Assembly (NCBI GenBank): GCA_951406725.2
Contig: OX597814.1
Coordinates: 105,834,001 to 105,898,000 of the forward strand
DNA: 64,000 nucleotides
Reading direction: 5' to 3'
Source of the DNA: Octopus vulgaris
Taxonomy: Eukaryota
This document shows, one piece after another, positions 54,706 through 64,000 of the stretch (its first letter is position 1; each line of letters begins with the position of its first letter). A program made the position numbers and the translations under genes. The notes under the pieces are model-generated. The model had not been told where the DNA came from. It did not search any database and saw only the letters and a list, made by a program, of their open reading frames with translations.

Positions 54706-55117
54706 GTGTACTGTCTCTTTCGACTAGAGTCCCGTTGTATTGTCCACCAGTTCATTACTATTCAAAGAGATGTCTCAATATCTGTTATTGCCCTTTCAGT
54801 CCAATCTTTATATAAAACGTCATATCAATTCTATCACTAATTAAACAAGTAATTAACACGTTGCAAGCCATCTGAATTAATTGCCTGTTTGTCTGAAAGT
54901 ATTTCAAGCTTCTTTCATGTCACATCCAAGATACCAAAACTTTAACAGCGGGAGGTCGAACTCCTGGGATACTGTATATGATTGAGTGTATGTTGGACAT
55001 GGGGTGAGGGATGAACCAAGCCACCAGCCCCCATTGCAAGGAGGGGAGCCACTAGGTAGTCACTAGATCTGCTAGAAATAGCAACCATGTTCCTTGTAAA
55101 TCACACACCATAATATT

Positions 55118-55330
55118 CTTTTCTGTTCTAGGCACAAGGCCCCCAATTTTTTTTTGGGGGGGCAGTCGATTATATCGACCCCAGTACGCAAATGGTACTT
55201 AATTTATCGACCCCGAAAGGATGAAAGGCAAAGTCGACCTCAGCGGAATTTGAACTCAGAACGTAACGGCAGACGAAATACCGCTAAGCATTTCGCCCGA
55301 CGTGCTAACGTTCCTGCCAGCTCGCCGCCT
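55118..55330 (-). mobile_element. tRNA-derived SINE family A, full-length short-tail copy with TSD
   Basis: A-box-like TGGCAGGAACGTTAG, B-box GAGTTCAAATTC, core GCCTTTCATCCTTTCGGGGTCGATAAATTAAGTACC. Perfect 17-bp TSD tcacacaccataatatt at 55101-55117 and 55331-55347. Confidence 0.9.
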
Positions 55331-55586
55331 TCACACACCATAATATTAAAACAAGAAAAGGTAGTGTTAGGTATACAGTCAGTTGGGAAAGTCACGGCTA
55401 GATTGACTTTGGTCGTAGGTCTGATCAAGGATTAAACAATAACAATATCATTAAAACAACCAAAGGTGTCGTAGTGTAGAAGTTTTTAACCACCTCTGTT
55501 GAAATATTTTAAGAAATAAACAATAAAACCATGGTCTGAGAAAGAACTCTATGTATATATTTGTATATATAATAAAAAATAAATAA

Positions 55587-55870
55587 ATGCGCCCTTGTTA
55601 AGCCTAAGCCAGGCTCATGGCCCCGATTTCCCGGTTTCAATGGCGTATGTGTTTCCCAGCGTATGTGTTTCCCAGCGTATGTGTTTCCCAGCATATGTGT
55701 TTCCCCAGTCCATCGCAGCGTTACTCATTTTTGCCAGCTGAGTGGACTAGAGCAACATGAAATAAAGTGTTTTGCTCAAGAACACAACGCGTCGCCCGGT
55801 CCAGGAATCGAAACCACAATCTTACGACCATGATGCTGAAGCCCTAACCACTAAGCCACGCGCCTCCACT
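55587..55870 (-). mobile_element. SINE, head D plus tail F, with a 4 x 16-bp internal tandem repeat
   Basis: Head GTGGAGGCGCGTGGCTTAGTGGTTAGGG...GGTTTCGATTCC. GCGTATGTGTTTCCCA four times at 55643-55706. Confidence 0.8.
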
Positions 55871-57498
55871 ATTCGTATATATAGCGTTAAAGATTTATCT
55901 TCGAGACAAGGTGATGGTAGTCGCTCCCACACACACACATACATGTTAATGGAATCAAGTGAAGATTCAATCCATTGCTAATCCATGAATATATAGGACA
56001 CGTATGGTTGTTCGGACAGTGTGTGGGCAGAGCAATGTGTCCCTAAAACACTAGCGAGGCAGATCTTGATTGGTTTAAGTAAGTCAAACGAACCTATATG
56101 TGGTCCGGCAGAAAGAATATTATTGCTGACTGGAATGTTGAGAAGTAAGGGAAAATAAAACGGTGCAGATGTGGTGAATCAGTTGATTGTGGATTTGAAT
56201 TGCTGGACCACGGACTTGGGTGCATATAAAAGTTGTTCAAAATAAATAATCTTCCGTGTCTATAATCGATAATATGTCTAAATGATGTTGCTGCCTGTTT
56301 TAATACCTGGAACTTTCGAGTTAGACTCCGTATTTAATTTCAGAATCTATTGAAGTATAGAATGGTTCTGTCGTTGATGTTCCATGCTAGTGGTGAAGGC
56401 CTTAATGAATATAGAGTTTCTTCTCTAATTTGACATCAATGAATGTAGATGTTGGTCATAACTGCCATTAAATGTGTTCCCAGTGAGACACAAGTGCCTC
56501 AATGCAGCGAAACGGCAATGACAAAGTCATTAGATCGTCGAATAGAATGCCGCGAAATATTTTTTTCCCACATCCGGCAGACGAAAGTTCAAGTCTGCCG
56601 ATGTCATCTATACCTTTCACTTCTTTTAGAGCCTAAAAACAAAAATGAGGTCTTTGCATAGGGTCTTCAAATCCTTAGCAATATAACTGTGACTGTATTA
56701 CCAAACATATGTTGTATGTAAATATAGATTGCGCGTGAATGCAAGAATGCCTAAGTGAATAAGTATGTTACCAATGCAATGTATTGTCTGCATCATTGTT
56801 CTATTGTATGCACAAAACGTGTACCTGCTGCTGCTGCTGCTACTACTACTACTACTACTCTAATTCTATTATTGTCGTTGTTGTTGTTGTTAGATCGTGT
56901 AATTGATTTTAGGTGCAGGAGCAATAAACTTCGTGATGTCCTTATAACAATACGTATACACACAGACACACATACAAATATTACATAGACACATTCTCAT
57001 ATGTATATATATGCATGCATACGCACACAAACACGTTTTTTTTCCTTCTTTTTAATTTCCTTTCGTTTTTTTTTTTTCGATATATAGTTTTATACGTTCC
57101 ATATCTCGCCATAAATAGTTGCATGTGTGTTTATTCTCAAGAATAACAACCTTTGCTATCATTCCCGTGAAAGATGTGTATATATATATATAAATATACA
57201 TATATACGCACACACACATACACACACACTTTTTTTCGCGCGCACATACATATACATAGGAAGTCGTTGTTGTTACTTCTAACACTTTCTACATCCTGTC
57301 ATTATATACACACAAAATGTTCTATGCAACATTGTATATAATATATTGTATACACTGCGACTGTATGTAAATATTTGTGAATGTTGCTCGTCTTTTGTTA
57401 ATCTCTGTAACAAAACATTTACACAAACAGCGTGTACAGTAACAATAACTTTAGGAAGGTTTTCATTTATATATATATATACGCGTGAGCACACACAC

Positions 57499-57561
<63 letters not shown>

Positions 57562-57860
57562 AGCATATACATATATAGATACATACATACAGAAGCATAT
57601 ACATATGTATGTATATATATATATATATATATATACATCTGTACAGATAGATATCTGTATAATACACACGCATTACACATTGGTATTTAGCTCTGTGTGT
57701 GCGTATGTGCGTGCATATGTGCGCGCATGCATAGACACACACACATACACACGTGCGTCTATCTATGTATATAGAGACACGCACACACAGATATTCACCA
57801 AATTTTGTGGCCGTAGTAAATTATATATTTATGGCCCTCGAGTTGCTGACATACATAAGC

Positions 57861-57891
<31 letters not shown>

Positions 57892-58211
57892 CTTCTCCCT
57901 CCTAGATTTTACACATGCATCCACACAAACACGCATACACAAAGTAAATTTCATTTCTGTCATATCTTCGTATCTCTCTTACCGACAAAAAACTTTTTAA
58001 ATAAGTCTATAATGGAGTGTGTGTGTGTGTGTGTGCTTACATAGCAACTCAAATTCAACACATATTAACATTTATGTCTGTGTCTATATTTGTACACGCT
58101 CATATACACACATATGCATACATACATACACACATACATACTTACATACATCTATATATCATTCAACCACGGTAGTGGTTGAATATACTCTTAAGTCCGC
58201 CATGTCGTCAA

Positions 58212-58296
<85 letters not shown>

Positions 58297-59146
58297 TGTA
58301 GGTATGTGTGTATTGTGGTGGGTGAAACTTGATCGATATAATCAACGATATCGAAGCTGTATGAACACGCCGTTAGATGATCATTAAGAGTTATAAATTA
58401 AGTAAGAATAGGAGTAAAAAAAAAAGAAAACAAACTCATATACACATACAAAAAAAAAGAGGAAATAAACCAACTTGGACTATTAAAAGAGGAAGTTTAT
58501 AACCACCACAGATGGTCAGTAAACGCTGTAGAGATCATCGCAAACACACACAGGCATACATACACACATACATGTACATATATAACTATGTTTATATATA
58601 TATATAGTAGTTATATATGTATGTATGTACGTATATATATGGTAGTTACTGTTGTAATAATTTCCAAATGCGATCCTAGGCACTTGCAGTATGCAAACAG
58701 TCGTTAAAATGATCTTTCAATAATTCTTTGAGTAAACATGTATCGCTTGCCGTCTGTCGGACCACTTGACGTTCAGTCAGCGCCAATTGTTGGCCGACCA
58801 ACCGACCGGACTCTGTGCAATAGCGATAAAAAGAACAACGTGTGGGTGTGTGTGTGTGTGGAGTAAGGCTTTATTATGTGAAGGAGCAAAATCGATGAGT
58901 ATATGTGTTTCGTCATCGTATAGCAGTTATTTAGTTTATCGACAGTGGAATCTGTGATGATGTTAGACAAACACCAACTCTACGGGAGGATAATGTTAAG
59001 ATATAATTGATTCTAGCTGGAATTGAACTCGGTACGTGAACGGACGAAATTAAATAACCCAGAACAATGCTTCTGGATCTATAAGTATGAGAAAAGGTTA
59101 TATATATACATACATACACATTTTATTGAAGCTGCAAAGACATTAC

Positions 59147-59192
59147 AAAACTGTTGCTCAGAGTTTCAAGCTTCCTTTCATCGGATAGTTTT
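59147..59192 (-). ncRNA. Minimal hammerhead-like motif, left arm of palindrome (cleavage-site U mutated)
   Basis: AAAACTAT-CCGATGA-AAG-GAAG-CTT-GAAA-CTCTGAG-CA-ACAGTTTT. Confidence 0.45.
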
Positions 59193-59240
59193 GGTTTAGA
59201 ATGGCACAAAATATGGTTATTTTGTTCCATTCCAAACGAA

Positions 59241-59282
59241 AAGTGTCCGACGAACGGGAACGTGAAACTCTGAGTAACAGTC
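59241..59282 (+). ncRNA. Minimal hammerhead-like motif (CCGACGA core), right arm of palindrome
   Basis: AAGTGT-CCGACGA-ACG-GGAA-CGT-GAAA-CTCTGAG-TA-ACAGTC. Confidence 0.55.
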
Positions 59283-59383
59283 TTGTGATGTCTTTGCAGC
59301 TTTATTAATAAAGCATATTACTCTACCTCCGGTATTCGAGTACTATTCTTTCTACCTTGTTTCACATTTATGTGCATACACTG

Positions 59384-59425
<42 letters not shown>

Positions 59426-59651
59426 TTTATTTTGGGGTTAACAATGCTATCGGTGGTTTCATGTGGAATGCAATCTCTTAGCAGTTATCAACCTACCACA
59501 TGGGAACGATGGTACTCCATTTTGTATTTATTCATCTGCCAATGCGGAGTGCACATTCTCACTGTTCGGTTTTAGCGCGTGTGTATATGTGTGTGTGTAG
59601 GACATTCTGCCCGACGGCTTATTAACGCTGACAATCCATAGTTTTGATTGT

Positions 59652-59697
<46 letters not shown>

Positions 59698-60237
59698 GTT
59701 TATGAGTATACACACACATTATGGGAGAGAGAGACACATCAAATATTTACAGCCGAAATAAACTTCGACCAGGATTAAACCCTTACAGATCTCTACTCTC
59801 TCATCACTTTGATTGCTTCTTCCCAAGACATCCACACCCTACCCCTCACTTCATGGGCCCTAATTTGTAAGTAACCCAGCCGAACTTCATTGCTGCATTC
59901 CATGACAGATTATGAATTTATGATTCAAATTCTGACATTTTCAGGATATATTTTCATGAATATCAACCACACAAGACAGTAAATTTCTAACGCAAGTGTC
60001 TCATTGTTAGCTTTCCTACGTAAGCTTTTCTGTTTGATTAAATCTTCATTTGTTTTCCTTTTATTTTCCTGTTATTTTCCATTGACAGTTTCAGTAACTG
60101 GCACAACTGGTGTATTTCTACTTATTAACTTACATTTGGCATTATATTCAGTTTTCAATTTTAATCAAACGCTTCTGTTTTTTTCTAATTTCTACTTTGT
60201 TCTGTCATCATCTATTTTATCTTCCATGGCTTCTTAA

Positions 60238-60435
60238 CCCATTAAGTCCCACTGTCCTATAAATAGGACACTAAATGAGAGCATTAAATAAGCTATATCA
60301 CATTGTCTGAGTGTCCTATTTATAGGACACAAAGTATTTCCATTTCTACTTGAAGTAAAGGAGTTTTAACCTATTTTCAATCATCTGTCAAAATTTAAAA
60401 TATTCAGAAATTTAAATATTCTGGGACTTAATGGG
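60238..60435. mobile_element. piggyBac-type MITE
   Basis: TTAA on both sides, perfect 14-bp TIR CCCATTAAGTCCCA/TGGGACTTAATGGG, two internal TGTCCTAT..ATAGGACA palindromes. Confidence 0.85.
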
Positions 60436-60509
60436 TTAAATAGTTTTATGAGCGTGTTACTCATTAAATATTTTTTACTCGGCGATGTTGTTGTTGTCGT
60501 CTCTGCGAT

Positions 60510-60930
60510 GGTGGCGAGCTGGGTGAGTTGTCAGAGTATCGGAGAAATACTCAGCTGTATTTTACGTTGAGTTCAAATCCCACCGACGTCAACTTTGCAT
60601 TTTATTCGTTCGTGGTTGATAAAGTAATGTAACAATCTAATACTGAGATCGATGTAATCGACTTGCCCCTCTCCTCAAAATTGCTGACTTTGTGCAAAAG
60701 ATTGAAACCATCGTCATCATCATTATCATAACCATTATTAATACCATAGATTAACACAGATTATTGCCAGCGTATCGATAATTAGTTAACTGTATTTGTT
60801 CCGTTCTGAGTTTAATTTCGCCGAGATCACCTTTGTTTTTCTTTATCCCACGGTCGATCAAACCGAGGTACCACTAAAACACGGAGTCTGACAAAAGCGA
60901 ATAACCTCGTCCCCCAAATCTGATGTCTTC
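60510..60930 (+). mobile_element. Two old SINE family A copies
   Basis: Degenerate head, core and tail at 60510-60712 and a partial copy at about 60790-60930. Confidence 0.65.
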
Positions 60931-61451
60931 TGCTTTACAGAATTATAACCAAGTTGATTCCTATTATTTATCTGTTCGATGCTAATGACTGACTTTCTAA
61001 ACGAGCACATTTCTGGATCTTCTGTGTTGGGAATTTTCAATAAGTCTATCATTAATTTAGTTTCCAGTTCCGTGATTAGCTCTGCAGAGAATTCTAGTAG
61101 CAATCAGTCATAAATGGTTAAAATGGGAAACATGTCCTCTTATTTGCTTTGATTCCTTCAATTTCTTCTAATGTAGTTGAAGCAGTAAAAGAAGTTACGT
61201 GTTTAGTTTGCAGCTACGTGAGGCGAAGACGAGTCACATCACAGTTTTGTATATATTAAGGTATATATTAAGACCGACGATCTTGCCTCTTCCAAATAAT
61301 TTACTCGCAGCTATTTCATATCCTTACTTAATTAGATGGCTGTGTTTATTGGCCAATGATGAAGGCCGTACCTGGTAACTTAACCTGGTAGAAATGGCAT
61401 CAAAATCTCTCAAATCGTACTTTACAATCTTTGGCAAAGAACAGTATATGT

Positions 61452-61682
61452 ATTTCTTTACTACCCACAAGGGGCTAAACACAGAGGGGACAGACAAGGA
61501 CAGATAAACGGATTGAGTCGATTACATCGACCCCAGTGCGTAACTGGTACTTCATTTATCGACCCCGAAGAATGAAAGGCAAAGTCGACCTCGGCGGAAT
61601 TTGAACTCAGAACGTAACGGCAGACGAAATACGGCTACGCATTTCGCCCGGCATGCTAACGTTTCTGCCAGCTTGCCGCCTT
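61452..61682 (-). mobile_element. SINE family A, long-tail variant
   Basis: Same head and core, tail ...CCCCTTGTGGGTAGTAAAGAAAT. Possible 7-bp TSD tatatgt. Confidence 0.88.
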
Positions 61683-61969
61683 TATATGTCTTAGACATAC
61701 TTCTAAAACGAGAGGATGGCCATGGCTGAAGTTCCTATGATCATAGAGTCCTTTAATCTTCGTTGACCTAGGGCTAAATAACATTTAATCAGGCTAACAC
61801 TCGACGCATTTTGACGTTATTTAATTATTAAATATTCTTGGAGAAATGTTCCATTGACCCCAGCAAAGTGAAGAATTAATTGATTTAAGAACAAGAACTT
61901 GTCTCAGAAATTCTGTTTTGGTTCACAATTGATTCTTTAAAGTTTTATTTTTTGTTCTTCTTTTTTCAG

Positions 61970-62173
61970 TGTCGCAAATTGATTGCAGCCAGTGATATGG
62001 CGGTGTTTGCATCGAGGGCCGGTCCAGACGTTTGCTGGCATCCTAGTTGCTTTCTGTGCTCAGTCTGTGATGAGCTTCTAGTTGACCTGATCTACTTTTA
62101 TCAAGACAGCCAATTATATTGCGGTCGGCACCACGCGGAGCAATTGAAGCCCAGATGTGCCGCATGTGATGAG
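61970..62173 (+). CDS. pk: Prickle-family gene, internal exon encoding LIM1 and the start of LIM2
   Basis: ttcttcttttttcAG acceptor, GTTAGT donor at 62174, 204 nt, phase 0/0. Translation [68 protein letters not shown]. Splicing to the previous exon completes the CxxC knuckle (CPN|C) across a 9022-bp intron. Confidence 0.95.
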
Positions 62174-62273
62174 GTTAGTACCACCATACAATTATAATTA
62201 GCCATTTCTCATTTTGTTTCTTTCTATTATTATTATTGTTGTTGGTTGTGGCGGTGGTGGTGGTGGGGTGTAC

Positions 62274-62705
62274 GGGTGACGAGCTGGCACAATCGTTACT
62301 ATAAAGGCGACAAGCTGGCATGAACGTTAGCACGCCGGGCGAAATGCGTAGCCGTATTTCGTCTGCCGTTACGTTCTGAGTTTAAATTCCGCCCAGGTCG
62401 ACTTTGCCTTTCATCCTTTCGGGGTCAATTAAATAAGTACCAGTTACGCACTGGGGTCGATGTAATCGACTTAATCCGTTTGTTTGTCCTTGTTTGTCCC
62501 CTCTGTGTGTAGACCCTTGTGGACAGTAAAGAAATAAGAATCGTTACTATGTCCGGCAAAACGCTCAGCGGCATTTCGTCCATCTTTTCGTCCTGAGTTC
62601 AAATTCCTGCAAGGTCAATTTCGCCTTTCATCGTTTCGGGGTCGATGATAAAATAAGTACCAGTCCTCCCCCACCCCCGAAATTGCAGGCTTTGTGCAAA
62701 AATGT
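62274..62705 (+). mobile_element. SINE family A: long-tail copy (62303-62538) nested in an older short-tail copy
   Basis: 12-bp TSD aatcgttactat at 62291-62302 and 62539-62550. Confidence 0.88.
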
Positions 62706-63046
62706 GACTCCTCTCTTATTATCATTATCATTGTTGTTGTAGTTGTTGTTATTTACTCCTGTAGATTGGAGAACAACATTTGGACGACAGCTTGTGCCCT
62801 TGGTGACCAGGATAACCCTAAATCTGTGGGGTTCTTTGATTGGCCTTTGCTGGAGGTTCCGCTTCATCGTAACACAAATGTGTCCGCATGTTTTATATAC
62901 TTTGTATTTCAGTCCCCCCTCTCCTTTGTCCCCCCTCATCTTTAATGTAAACCCCCGCACAAATTGTAAGCGGTCCTTGTAATGTCCCTCTCATTTTCTG
63001 CCCCTGTGGAAAATAAATCATTATCATCATCATCAGGATTATTATT

Positions 63047-63268
63047 AAGGTGGCAGGCTAGCAGAACCGTTAGCACGCCGGAGAAAAATGCTCGGCGGTA
63101 TTTCGTTCGGCTTTACATTCTGAGTTCCACAATACGGCGAAGGTCGACTTTGCCTTTCATCCAATCGGGGTCGATAAAACAAGTACCAGTTATGTACTGA
63201 GGTCGATGTCATTGCCAAGCCCCCTCTCGAAATTTCTGGCCCTGTTCCTAAAGTAGAAGGAAATATTA
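63047..63268 (+). mobile_element. SINE family A
   Basis: Head ggcaggctagcagaaccgttagcacgccgg plus core and tail. Confidence 0.8.
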
Positions 63269-63308
63269 TTTGATTTTCAAGTTGAAGAAGTTGATTATAG
63301 CCTGAAAC

Positions 63309-63383
<75 letters not shown>

Positions 63384-63699
63384 ATCTCTTTATCTCTCTC
63401 TCTCTAACAGTTATCACTTTCGTTTTTAGATGTAGTTACTTTTTGTGCCAACAACTAGAGACAAGTTTTATAGGAAGAATGTATGTGGGGAGAGTGTGTG
63501 TGTGTGTGTGTTACGATGTAAAATTTCACAGCTGCTTCGCTCAGTTTCCTCGCAGCTAAAGGCATTTATTAAATGAACTGTTTCTGAATTTGATTATTGT
63601 ATATCGCTCACAGCTAACTCGACAGACAATGTCCTAATAAACGGACAGGATTTTATATAAAGTAATAAATAACTCTGTCTGCCTGTCCTTCCGTCCGTC

Positions 63700-63705
63700 C
63701 ATCTG

Positions 63706-63788
<83 letters not shown>

Positions 63789-63797
63789 GTCTGCCTG

Positions 63798-63842
<45 letters not shown>

Positions 63843-63911
63843 TTATCTATCTATCTATCAATATATATATATATATATTTATCCATCCACCTGTCTATCT
63901 ATCTATTTATC

Positions 63912-63968
<57 letters not shown>
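63700..63968. repeat. (TATC)n and (TA)n microsatellites
   Basis: Directly visible. Confidence 0.9.
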
Positions 63969-63969
<1 letters not shown>

Positions 63970-64000
63970 TGTAGATATATATACCTGTCTAGCGGTTTGT

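Larger units (their letters stand above)
59121..59386. mobile_element. Foldback mini-element (Penelope-terminus-like) in microsatellite
   Basis: About 175-bp hairpin 59129-59302 plus a unique 3' tail (aaagcatattactctacc...tttatgtg). Homologous to 22545-22772. Confidence 0.7.

Overview
AT-rich eukaryotic genomic DNA dense in microsatellites and short repeats. The 5S variant and SINE landscape suggest a cephalopod, probably Octopus (inference). The only host coding sequence recognised is two phase-0 exons of a prickle-family planar-cell-polarity gene (+ strand; PET exon 52693-52947, LIM exon 61970-62173), so most of the window is probably prickle intron. Mobile elements include a 5'-truncated CR1-group LINE with an open 641-aa RT ORF and a second LINE 3' fragment. 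There are about 30 copies of four modular tRNA-derived SINE families, one sharing its 3' stem-loop with the LINE. DNA elements are a Helitron, a mariner foldback, and piggyBac, hAT, pogo/Tigger and mariner MITEs. A 5S rRNA pseudogene is also present. The most interesting signal is a set of tiny non-coding elements, often foldback and mostly inside (TA)n-type microsatellites, that carry minimal type-I hammerhead ribozyme motifs of the kind found in Penelope-like element termini. One palindromic family has a hammerhead on each strand, a covarying stem II and a variant CCGAYGA core. All structures were read by eye. Most ORFs in the supplied track are microsatellite artefacts.
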